64,000 nt of DNA, from assembly GCA_918797485.1 (NCBI GenBank), contig CAKKNE010000006.1, forward strand, positions 496,001 to 560,000, written 5' to 3'. This DNA comes from Pelagomonas calceolata (lineage: Eukaryota). Every line of letters begins with the position of its first letter. Within the stretch, counting starts at the first letter, position 1. The position numbers and the translations under genes were made by a program. The notes beneath the pieces are model-generated. The model worked only from the letters and a program-made list of their open reading frames with translations, was not told where the DNA came from and made no database searches. Below, piece after piece: positions 10,521 through 20,353 of the stretch.

Positions 10521-13500
10521 ATGCGGCCGTGCTTCCACCTCGTCGCTATCGCGGCGGCCGCCACGGCGGACGAAGCCGCCTGGACGCCCCGCGACCTCGA
10601 CGACGCCACGCTGCGCCTCATCCGCCACGCGCGTCCGTTCCAGCCCAGCGAGCAGGCGAAGCTCTCGCAGCTGCCGGCGCGCTTCAGCCGCTGCGCGACG
10701 CAATTGGCCTATTTCGACGTGTACGACCCCGAGGCCTGCGGTCATAAAAGGGCTCCATCCTGTAGTGGCGACCACTGGCCGTCCGTGTCCGTCGTGCTGC
10801 CCCATCGCGGTCGCGAGTCGACGACGGCGCGAGCGCTAGCTTCTGTCTTGGCTTCATTTAGATTATATTGTGGCAGTGGGGAAGTCGTGCTAGCTAGAGA
10901 CGGTCCAGCATTAGATGAGACCGCAGCTAAAAGGTTGACGCATCTCGTGGAGCGTGTTTCATCACATTGGGAGGACATTGAGGTCGTGGAGACAAAACCA
11001 AGGTCCATGGCGGCGGGCTACGGGGATGCTGTCGCGACCGGTTGTCGACGGGCCACCGGAGACTATGTGCTCCTGTTGAACAACGACGTCACGCTAGCGC
11101 CTTTGACGTTAAGAGTGCTAGCCGCGCACTTGAACGCGAGAAAAAGCACAGCGGCGGTCGGCGCGAGACTAGTAGACGAGCACGGCGAGCTCCAGGAGGC
11201 CGGCGCCGTCGTCTTCAAGGACGGCGGCGCGCTCCAGTTCTCGAAGGTCTGGGGTAGCACTTCTCCATTATTCAGGTACGTGCGACGCGTCGACTACGCG
11301 TCCGCGGCGTGCCTGATGGTGAGGTCGTTACTACTAGCCGGTGGTTTTGATGAGCAATTTAGACCAGCATACTACGAGGACACGGACCTAGCGATGCGAC
11401 TGAGGCACTCGCATGACGCTGCGGTCGACTACAACCCCTTCGCCGTGGCGGTCCATGAAGGGTCCGCGACGTACTCGGGCGACCGCGCCGCGGAGAAGGA
11501 GCGCCAGATGGACCGGAACCGGGACACCTTTGTCAGGAAGTGGTCGGGACAGTTGACCTGCCACTATGCATCCCATATACCGTGGGCCAGTCGTGGTGCT
11601 TTTTTGCTCGCGACGCGCCAGGCTCTTGCACGAGTGTTGGTCTTAGATCACGACACGCCCTGCGCGGCGCGCGACTCCGGCTCGGTGCGCATGCTCAACT
11701 TCATTCGCGTTTTACTAGGAAGGCGGCACCACGTGACCTTCGCTGGCGTCGAGTCCGACGCGGACGACGCCTGCGCGCTGCAACTCCAAGCCCTGGGCGC
11801 CCACGTGACCTCAGCCGGCCTGCTCAAGTTCCGGAGTCTATCAACAAAGTGCGACTACGACCTCGTTGTGGCTTCCAGACGATCGGTGGCCAAGGCCTGG
11901 CTGCCGCTGCTGCGAGCCGTGTGTCCCGAGGCGCCTGTTGTATTTGATACGGTGGACTTGCACTTTTTAAGGGAGATCCGGGAGGTCTCCGTCGCCAAGG
12001 GTTATGACTATGATCAATCACTCTCGGCCTCGGAGAACGCCCGGCGCTTACTCGCGCAGTACCCTAACTTACAGAATACGAAGACCTGGCGTCTGTACGA
12101 AGAAGGGTATACGACAGAGCTACGAGTGATGAACGCTTCCGACGCGACGATCGTCGTCTCGGGCGTGGAACGCAGGGAGCTCGAGGCCCTGAAGCAATCA
12201 GGTGAATTACGGTCTTCCCTCCCAGTGGCGGTTGTGTCGAACATCCACGACATTGTTCAAAGACGCATGGAGCGCTCCACGTTCGGCCAGCGACGCGGCG
12301 CGTTATTCGTCGGGAATTGGCAACGTACCCGCGTCTCGCATGTTTTCGGCCCAAGCTCGGACACGACATACACTCGACCGTATTGATATAGAAACGCCTC
12401 ACTCCGACCACGAATTGAACTTTGATGTCCACGCAGGCAGCATCCCCCGAACGTCGACGCCGTGAAATTTTTGCTGGAAGAGGTTTTAGTGCTGGAAACC
12501 TCATTACCGGACGACTTCGTGGTCCACATCGCCGGGGCGGGCACGCAGCCGGACTGGCTTAAATCAATCACGAAGGCCGGGCGGTTTGAAGTCGTGAACC
12601 ACGGGTTTTTGGCGTCGTTGGCCCCGCTCTATGCTTCTTGTAGGGTAGCACTGGCGCCATTACGGTACGGCGCCGGCGTGAAAGGGAAAGTCAATCAAGC
12701 GATGCTCCATGGCGTTCCCGTGGTCGCCACTCCAATAGCCGTGGAAGGCATGCACATTTCTAGTGGCGAGGCCGTCGTGGCCGACGGTGCCGTTGAGTTT
12801 GCCCGATCATTAGCTGAGATCTATGTCGACGAGGCGACGTGGCGTCGCGTCGCGGAGGCGGCTAGATTGTCGGTGGCCAAGCATTTCTCTGTTGATGTCG
12901 CTGCCAAAAGGTGGGCGTCTTTAGAGTCGGAGCTGGCTCTACGGTCCGACGCGTTTCGCCACGCGCTGTCCGAGGGTTCGTCGGCGTTCCAGAAGCCTTG
13001 TCCTACGTCAGGTAGGTACGGGACTTCGTCAGTCGTGGCCTTGTCTGATAAACGATCGGACCCGCCTTCCTTGATTCCCGTCCCTCTTAAGGTAGGAGAA
13101 ACGTTGAAGTCCGCGGCACCTTTATCTGATTTGCGATATCACGGAGTTAATGAAGAGGAATTAATGACAGTATGCTCGGCTCATAGGAATTGCGTCGGCT
13201 TCTGCTTACGACCGGAGGCCACGTCGCGCGTCTTCCTGTCGCCCATTGAAGCGACGACCAAGGCCGAGGGGCCCGGGCCGGCGCTGTGCCACGCGGCGCC
13301 CGGCGCGCCGCCCTCTACGGGCGTCGCCTTTACTCGTGTCTCCCAGAAGGCGCCGCACTACGTCTTCTCGGCGTCTTATTCATCAAAGAAGTGGCGCGTG
13401 TCGCGCGACGCGGCGGAGGCGTTTTGTGCTCAGGATGCGACGTGCACGGGCTACTGCCAGAACCCGTCGGGCAATACGCTGTTCTACGATCGGAAGGTCG

Positions 13501-13664
13501 GCGACATGCGCCCTCGCGGCAAGGCCGACGCCGTTCCTCCCGGTTGGGTCTGCGCGAAGGCGAAGCGGTATCAAATGGCGCCGGTCGCGGCCGCCCTTTT
13601 GGAGCCTCCACGGCCCAGGAAGGCCTCGGCGAAGCGGGCGGCGGCGCACAAGGGGGGGCTCTAG
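10521..13664 (+). CDS. Secreted/luminal GT2+GT4 bifunctional glycosyltransferase with Cys-rich C-terminus (2 exons: 10521-12319, 12437-13664)
   Basis: Signal peptide; GT2 motifs LLNNDV, VDYASAACL, YYEDTDL; GT4 motifs RDSGSVR, FDTVDLHFLRE, APLRYGAGVKGK; the intron splits the conserved GNWQ|HPPNVDAV. Confidence 0.85.
12320..12436 (+). mobile_element. Introner-type GC-AG intron
   Basis: Ends GATGTCCACGCAG, identical to the 3' end of intron 7554-7723; TSD-like GCAACGTA / GCAGCATC (5/8); restores W-Q-H-P-P-N. Confidence 0.8.
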
Positions 13665-13756
13665 TTATAGGTGTTGTTTGTGTCACAAGAGTTACGCTGT
13701 ACAAATTAGGCGTGTCGAACCGGCAAATACCTTTCTCCGAATCATCCTTGTCATGT

Positions 13757-15157
13757 TTATGCTGCTGCTGAAGTAAATCCCCATAAAGATACTTGCCGGT
13801 AGCGCCACTTCTCGGCGAGGGGATACGGGCAATATTGTATGAACGGATCGACCCAGAAAGTCCAATCAGCATGGCCGCGGCAGCGTTCTTTGAGGAGTGC
13901 GGTGAGATCATCCACGTTGTTACCGTGTTGGGTGCCCTCGGGCAATGCGACGGCGAGCGGGCTTAATTTGAAAAGCCGCCAAGTAAGCCGCGCCAACCGG
14001 GGACAGCCACGCGCGAGGCGTAGAATCCCCGCAGAATTGACAGCGGGGGTAGCGTAGAAGGATGCGGAGCGTAAAGTCTGGGCGGTCGGACTCCGCAAGA
14101 TGATGTCGACTACCGCAGGGGTCACCGTGTTATTTTGGTCGATGATTAGAGCCTCGAGCGCAAAGTTCTCGCAGATCGCTGCCACGCACGCGTCGTCAAG
14201 AGTCGTTTCATCATCTGAGTACCCAAAATGAAGTTCCTTGAGAGCAGGCCGAGCCCGTGCCAGGGAGGCAAAGAACTCGGGCGACCCAGTAAATTGATTT
14301 GGAAACACGATTTCCCTCAGCGCTTCCAAGCCGGCCGCGAGTCGCAGAAGCGTCGGCTGCGTCATATGTGTATCGTGCAAGTGCAAGATTTTTATGCGGC
14401 TTTGTAACGGCGTCCGAACGAGCAGTTCAGCGAGGGCCGGATACACTGAGCACCGGTCGAGACTGAGTGTCTCCGCGCCCACGCACTGCCGCGCCGTCGC
14501 TTCGATTTTGTCAAAACGAGCCGGCTGGTAATCTACTAGGCTTTCGTCTGCAGCCTCCAAACTAAGGTACTTGAGGTTCGGAAAGTGCATCGCGTAGGTT
14601 TCCGCCGGGCTCCAGGGTGCGTCCGTCTCAATCTCGACGCTTTCGAGCAGCGGGCACGAGCGGCTGAGCGCCGCAGCCAAGTCATCCACGTCCGCCCGCA
14701 AAATGTTCGGCAGCCCATAACCTGCGCTCAGCTCCTTCAGCTGCGGGCACGCGCTGCAGATCTCCAAGAGGAGTTGTGCACTTATCGATGAGGCGCAGAG
14801 TGAGAGTTCCCGCAAGCGCCCTTGAGTATCTACGACGAATTGCCGGAGCGCGCTGAGCCCCTCGGGGGACGTCCCCTTGTGATCTCCTCTGTAGGCGAGT
14901 CTCTCGCACCCGCTGCCGAGCACAGCCCCGACGGTCGTGACTTTTTGCGTTGTTACGTCCCTGTAGAAAGTAACCTGATTCCTCGGATGGCTTTTTATGG
15001 CCCGACGAACGGCATCGAGGCACGCGCGGGACACGCTGCGCAGGACCAGGAGGCTTTCGTCCCTTGTGCGAACGCTGGTGCGTTCCGTGTGGCGGTCCAA
15101 AAAGAGCGCGACGTGCGCGAGCATTTCTACAGGCAATGCATCCAGTTGGGTCGACAT
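13757..15157 (-). CDS. F-box-like/RNI-type leucine-rich repeat protein
   Basis: N-terminal LDALPVEMLAHVALFL; repeated CPQLKELS, CPLLESVEI, FPNLKYLSL, CPRLARL. Confidence 0.7.
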   Translation of the reverse strand: MSTQLDALPVEMLAHVALFLDRHTERTSVRTRDESLLVLRSVSRACLDAVRRAIKSHPRNQVTFYRDVTTQKVTTVGAVLGSGCERLAYRGDHKGTSPEGLSALRQFVVDTQGRLRELSLCASSISAQLLLEICSACPQLKELSAGYGLPNILRADVDDLAAALSRSCPLLESVEIETDAPWSPAETYAMHFPNLKYLSLEAADESLVDYQPARFDKIEATARQCVGAETLSLDRCSVYPALAELLVRTPLQSRIKILHLHDTHMTQPTLLRLAAGLEALREIVFPNQFTGSPEFFASLARARPALKELHFGYSDDETTLDDACVAAICENFALEALIIDQNNTVTPAVVDIILRSPTAQTLRSASFYATPAVNSAGILRLARGCPRLARLTWRLFKLSPLAVALPEGTQHGNNVDDLTALLKERCRGHADWTFWVDPFIQYCPYPLAEKWRYRQVSLWGFTSAAA

Positions 15158-15395
15158 CTCTGCGCTAATGCTGGGGGCCTAAGCGATCTACTTGCGAGCC
15201 AGCGCGGCGCAGCGATGCAAATCTGCGCTGAACCTGCGCTGTTGATTCCTCAGCCTCGTCTCTGCAGGCCGTAAAGCGGCCAAAAAAGCGGCGCGCGGCG
15301 CAGACAGCTAGCGACTGTAAGATACTAGGAAAATAGATCTTTACCTGCGCACTGACTAGTGCGGACTCTAAAGATGGAGAAGGAGTAGAAGAAAA

Positions 15396-17759
15396 TCAGC
15401 CGACGAGCGCGACGTTGACCATGAGGTTGCAGTGCTGGGGTTTTCCATCGACCATTCCCTGCTCGCCGAACGTGAAGAAGCAGAGGAATTGCGGAGGACT
15501 CGCCAGCGCCGCGGCGAGCCCGGCCTCGACCTCCTTCGTGAGGACGTTGAGGTCGGGAAGCGTCGACGCCGAGCCCGCGCAGACGTCGACGAGGGCCAGC
15601 TTGACGGGGGAGGTCGCCGCCTTGGCCGCGTTGACAACCAATTCGCGCACGGAGGCGGGGATGTCGGCAACCTTGCGCGAGTTGAGGCGCAGCTCGTGGC
15701 CCTTACCGATGGGTCCAAAGCACTCTATCGCGCCGTCGGGCAGCACGCGTTTCATGTGCACCAAGCGCGGTCGGGTCTGCTTTTTCGACGCGCGTACGTC
15801 CAGCGGGAACAGCGCCGCCGCGCGCACGACAGTGCCGCCCGCGCTTTGTTGGCGCTTCAGCTCGCCTTTGCACCAACCGTCGAGCACCTGTACCGCCGGC
15901 TTGCCGCCGATGGTGCTCACAACGCGCCCGCTCGCGACAGTCGCAACACCCTTGTGCTTCGTGGGAATGTAGACCGAGCCGATGGAGCACTGGCACGCGT
16001 CGGGGTGGCGCAGGTAGAGGCCCACCATCACGACGCTATTCTTGCTGACCCGCCACGCCTCGCCGTCGGCCTTTCCGCAGAGCTGCCACCAGCCGCCGGG
16101 CTCGGTGTGGTTGAGCACGCTCTCGTCGGCCGACGAGCCGCCGAATACCGTCACCCCGTTGCCGAGGACCTTCTGTACGCCGCGTAACACAAACTCCTCG
16201 CCGACGGGCGCGCTCATCAGGAGAAGGAGGTCGGGCGGCGACGTCACGCGGCCTGCGCTCTGCCGCGCTGCGTCGGCAAGTAGCGCCGTCGCCGCCGCTT
16301 TGCCAGCCGCCTCGGCGTGCTCTGCGCCGATGATCGGATACTCGGCCGCCGTTATCAGCCAGGCGGCGTGTTGTAGGCCTACCAGCCCGAGACGCGCGCC
16401 GCCCCGCTTCGAGAGCACGCCGCCCTGGCTCGTCTGACCCACGAGTGTCGTCATCCCCCCCTTGGCCTCGCTCGCCCGTTGCAGCGCCGCCGCGACCGCC
16501 TTGCCATCGATGTCGCTCGAGCAGAAGAGCAGCGCGAGCTCGGGCGCAGCGCCGCCGAGCCCTTGGCACACCTGCCACCACGCGTCCTCCGCCGCGGCGG
16601 CCGCGTCTGGCGCGGCGGAGCAGCCGACCGCCACCCGCGTGAGGGAGGCGTGGGGCGCAGGTGCATGCTTTGCCGACTTCGTGCGGTCGCGGAGCCGCAC
16701 CGACATCATCGGCGGATGCTCCACGGCGTCGCCGAGGAGCTTGAGCGAAATGGCGGGCGGCTGGCTTGGGTCGCCCCGCGGAAAGGCAACCTGTAGCACG
16801 CGCACCTCAGCGTTCCCAAAGATGGGGTCGAGTTGCAGCTTCAGCGCGTTCGAGCCCACGTCGTCCTTGAGCGCCTCCGTGACCGCTCGTTGCAAAGCAG
16901 GAGCGCCGGAGCACCGGCCGACTGGTAACTGCGCGAGTGTGGCCTTGTAGAGCTCGCGCAGATATCCCTTGTGCGCCACGACGGCTATCGCAGTTTCCTG
17001 GCGCCCGCGCAGCAGGTCAAGCAGCGTTGCCGCGCGTTTCTCCACCTGCTCATTACCCTCGAGGAACTCCGGCCGGAACTTCCAGCCGTCGTCGCTCCGC
17101 GCGTCGAGCCAGGCGATGGTGTCAAAAGATATGTGCGGGAATTGCTTCGCCGCCTCCGCCGCGGGTCTTCGCTCGTCACAGGGTTTGCCGGTGCGCTTTT
17201 CGCGCAGCCGCTCATGCGCAGACATCTTGGGGTGGTCCGGGAAGAGCAGAGTAGCCGTGTGCAGCGTGCGCTGCAGCGGCGAGACGAGCACGCACTCCGG
17301 CGGCGGGTAGTGCGTGCGCTTGAACAGTTCTGCAAGCTCGACCCCCGAGGCGGATGCTTGCGACTGACCCTTGACAGAGAGCGCGGCGTCGAAGTTGTCC
17401 GGATTGTCGAGCACAGCCTTGCGGGCTTCTTCCGCCTCCGCGTCGGAGCCGCCGCGTTCCTTGACCGCCTTTTTGGCCGCCGCCTCGAGGATGTTGTGGG
17501 CAGCCTGGGCATGCCGCACGAGGTACACGATCTTTCTGTCGACTTGCTGATCGGGCAGCTCGTCCCGTATGACCGTCGACACGCGCTGCATCGTCGGCAG
17601 CAGCGCCGACGGCGTCGTCGCGAACTCGTTGCATTGTACTTTCTCTGAGGATGATCTGCGGACGAGTCGTTTCTCCTTCTTAGACTGCCAGTGGATGATG
17701 CATGCCGCCCCGGCTGCCCCGGCGACGACGCCTGCGGCGAGGGCGAGGTACGATTCCAT
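15396..17759 (-). CDS. Histidine phosphatase (PGAM family) fused to a FIST N/C domain, with N-terminal membrane anchor
   Basis: VYLVRHAQAAHN, SPLQRTLHTA, VVAHKG (PGAM); FGGSSAD and C-terminal FTFGEQG...HCNLM (FIST); ATG at 17759. Confidence 0.8.
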   Translation of the reverse strand: MESYLALAAGVVAGAAGAACIIHWQSKKEKRLVRRSSSEKVQCNEFATTPSALLPTMQRVSTVIRDELPDQQVDRKIVYLVRHAQAAHNILEAAAKKAVKERGGSDAEAEEARKAVLDNPDNFDAALSVKGQSQASASGVELAELFKRTHYPPPECVLVSPLQRTLHTATLLFPDHPKMSAHERLREKRTGKPCDERRPAAEAAKQFPHISFDTIAWLDARSDDGWKFRPEFLEGNEQVEKRAATLLDLLRGRQETAIAVVAHKGYLRELYKATLAQLPVGRCSGAPALQRAVTEALKDDVGSNALKLQLDPIFGNAEVRVLQVAFPRGDPSQPPAISLKLLGDAVEHPPMMSVRLRDRTKSAKHAPAPHASLTRVAVGCSAAPDAAAAAEDAWWQVCQGLGGAAPELALLFCSSDIDGKAVAAALQRASEAKGGMTTLVGQTSQGGVLSKRGGARLGLVGLQHAAWLITAAEYPIIGAEHAEAAGKAAATALLADAARQSAGRVTSPPDLLLLMSAPVGEEFVLRGVQKVLGNGVTVFGGSSADESVLNHTEPGGWWQLCGKADGEAWRVSKNSVVMVGLYLRHPDACQCSIGSVYIPTKHKGVATVASGRVVSTIGGKPAVQVLDGWCKGELKRQQSAGGTVVRAAALFPLDVRASKKQTRPRLVHMKRVLPDGAIECFGPIGKGHELRLNSRKVADIPASVRELVVNAAKAATSPVKLALVDVCAGSASTLPDLNVLTKEVEAGLAAALASPPQFLCFFTFGEQGMVDGKPQHCNLMVNVALVG

Positions 17760-17991
17760 GGCAAGGTTGGCTGGGCAGTTACTCCACCAGTCGTTGCGCA
17801 GCCAACCTACGGGAGAGGCCACCGGGACGACGGAGAGGCTGCCCCAACACTGTCCCAAGCAGCGCTGTGGCAGAAGCTTCCGCAACTTCGGATCGTGGAA
17901 AATCCTAGTGTGTCTGTACCGCTATTAATTCGAGCTAGCTGCGCGCGCCGCCGAGCGTGATCGATATCGCGTTCAGACAGACGCTGTAGCG

Positions 17992-18127
17992 CGCTCATCA
18001 GAGCGCTGTCGCAGCGCAGCGATCGGAGCGCTGTCCGCATTGACGCCCTCGACGCTCATCAGAGCGCACTCCTAGGGCAGTGATCACAGCGCTGTCGACT
18101 TTTGAGTTCTCGACGCGGAGCGCTGTC
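17992..18127. repeat. Short direct-repeat cluster in a divergent promoter
   Basis: CGCTCATCAGAGCGC at 17992 and 18053; AGCGCTGTC at 18002, 18027, 18088 and 18119. Confidence 0.7.
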
Positions 18128-18174
18128 CCATACGCCACCGACGCAAAGGTCGTCCAGACGCCGTCGACGCGAGG

Positions 18175-19113
18175 ATGGCCGCCTGGTCGGCCACCAGAGA
18201 CTTCCAGACGGACACGCAGCTCATGCGCCAGCTCGACAAGTCACCGTCACAAATCCAGGAGCTGCGGAGTAAAGCGCCCGCACCGGTGCCCCAAACCGCG
18301 CGAGCGCTCCGCGACGCGTCGACGGACCCGGTTGCGAGCGGCTTCGACGCACTAGACCAAGCGTTGGGCGGCGGCGTCGCGCGCGGCCGAGTCACGGAGC
18401 TCGTGGGCCGCGCCGGCGCGGGCAAGACGCAGGGGTGCTTGACGCTGGCGGCGGCTTGTGCTTCGCGAGGGGACGCGATGGTCTATGTTGATACTGAGGG
18501 CTCGTTCCGCGCGCAGCGCCTTTGGCAGGTCGCCGAGGCCAGAGGGGCTCAAAATAGCGAGGAGTTGCTGCAGCGCGTTCACGTCCTCAGGCCGCAAAAT
18601 AGAGAGGAATTGTTAGCTGCTCTGGAGACCGGTGTTGTCGAGGAACGGGCCCGGCAAGCGAGAGCTGCTTTGGTGGTTGTGGATTCCGTCGCCGCGGCGG
18701 CTCGGGGCGGCACGTCTTCCGGTAGGTCGGACCTGATCGACCGCCAGCGCTGGCTCGCAAGGGCCGCGGCGGCGCTGAAGCGAGTCGCGTGCGGCGCGGA
18801 TTGCGCCGTCGTCGTGACGAACCACGTCATGGCCGATTTGAAGGCCCAGGACGGCTGCGACGCCGTGACCGCGGCGCTCGGTTTTACTTGGCACCACGCC
18901 GTGAACGTGCGCGTGATGCTCGACCACGTGAATGGAAGGCGGACGGGGCGCGTCGAGAAGTCGTGTAGTGACGCGGAGTCGGCGTTCACCTACGGGATCG
19001 GTTCTGCGGGATTGATGGAAGCTGTGGAGGCGCCGGCGCTGTCGCCGGCGCAGCGGGAGCGCATCGAGCGGAACCGGGCCGCGGCGTTGGCGAAACGGCG
19101 CCGGCGATCGTGA
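18175..19113 (+). CDS. RAD51 paralog (RecA/Rad51 ATPase)
   Basis: SGFDALDQALGGG...VTELVGRAGAGKTQ (Walker A), YVDTEGSF, LVVVDS (Walker B), VVVTNHV, ALGFTWHHAVNVR. Confidence 0.9.
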   Translation: MAAWSATRDFQTDTQLMRQLDKSPSQIQELRSKAPAPVPQTARALRDASTDPVASGFDALDQALGGGVARGRVTELVGRAGAGKTQGCLTLAAACASRGDAMVYVDTEGSFRAQRLWQVAEARGAQNSEELLQRVHVLRPQNREELLAALETGVVEERARQARAALVVVDSVAAAARGGTSSGRSDLIDRQRWLARAAAALKRVACGADCAVVVTNHVMADLKAQDGCDAVTAALGFTWHHAVNVRVMLDHVNGRRTGRVEKSCSDAESAFTYGIGSAGLMEAVEAPALSPAQRERIERNRAAALAKRRRRS

Positions 19114-19168
19114 TGTAAGTTGTTCCTGTGGATAATTCTAAGTTTAGACGCGTGGAAGCTCGGACTCT

Positions 19169-19687
19169 CTAGCTGAGCCACGAAGGACCCGTGCCCAGCG
19201 CTTCCGGCGCGGCCGTGGCGCGGCCCGGCGACGAGTAGGGCGAGCCGGACCAGGCCTCGCGCGGCATGGCGGGCGGCGCGGCGCGCGAGATGCCGAGGCT
19301 CGCGAGCTTCGCCTTGGACGCCTCCGACGCGGCCGCCGCGGTTGCGAGCTCCTCGGCCGACGGCCCCTGCACGGCCGCGGGCGGCGACGAGGAGAACGAC
19401 CGGGCCGGTCCCGCGGGCCAGGTCGCCGCGCGGAAGGCGTCGCCGCTCCACACCGCGTTCGTCACCTTCGTGGCCGTGGCCTTGGCCGCCGCGGGAGCGC
19501 CGCCCGCCGCGCCGTCGCCGCCCTTGCCCGCGAGGGCCGCCGCAGCACCGACCGCCGCCACGACGCCGCCGATCACAGTCGGATCGAGGCTCGAGACATC
19601 CACAGCACGCTGCGGCGCCGCGCGCGGCAGCGACACCTTGTGCCCCACGAGTGCGAGCGCAGCGGTGGGCAGGAAGACGACCCTCAT
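19169..19687 (-). CDS. Small Ala-rich, probably plastid-targeted membrane protein
   Basis: ATG at 19687; short signal peptide plus transit-like segment, then one hydrophobic helix (VIGGVVAAVGAAAAL). Confidence 0.5.
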   Translation of the reverse strand: MRVVFLPTAALALVGHKVSLPRAAPQRAVDVSSLDPTVIGGVVAAVGAAAALAGKGGDGAAGGAPAAAKATATKVTNAVWSGDAFRAATWPAGPARSFSSSPPAAVQGPSAEELATAAAASEASKAKLASLGISRAAPPAMPREAWSGSPYSSPGRATAAPEALGTGPSWLS

Positions 19688-20353
19688 CGTTTGAGGCTGC
19701 CTCGCGAGAATTGGCAAGCTGCCCAGGTCTGGCAAAATCTTGGCAGATCTCGACAGAGTCGTGAGGGGTCGGGTTTGCATGCGCGCCCAGGCGCTCCCGC
19801 TCCCACGGGACTCATCCGTCGGGCTGGGACAGAGTAAGGTGGTCGCATGGACGCATGCGTATGTAGAGACCCGACGCGCAAGTGACGCGGCGTCTGCGAG
19901 GGTCCCTTGCCCGTTAGTGCTCGGTCGACTCGGACACGGCTCGGTTCGCTCACAACCCGATCGTTTTCGTTCCCTCAAGTTAAAATCGCCAGGATCTTGC
20001 CTACTAGAGAATTGTGCTGAAAGCATAGCACATTGGCATAGTGCTCAAGCCGAGATAAATAAGGTGAGCCTACCGGCGCGGCTTATTTGTCCAAGTTACG
20101 GCGCGCGACTTCGAAAAACGCGACAAAAAGCCGCCGCAAAGCGTTACTCACGTACGTAGTTTTTGCACTGCAGCCAGCAAAAGCTGGCTTTGGCGGCGCG
20201 GCGGCGTGTCGTTACTGCGCGCATCTATCAGAGAGCGCTGGGAGCGCTGAGTCCCGCCGCTGCTGTTGCCGTCCGCCAAACGAGCCGGGACTGACGTCGT
20301 CGCGTGTCTCTAGTCTCGACCGCGACCGCCGACCGCACAGGCCTAATACCACG

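Noticed and set aside
17760..17885. N-terminal extensions given by the ORF track (also 10094-10204, 19688-20026, 20087-20353, 63341-63451)
   Set aside because: They begin at non-ATG codons under a prokaryotic start model; the first ATG gives a sensible N-terminus
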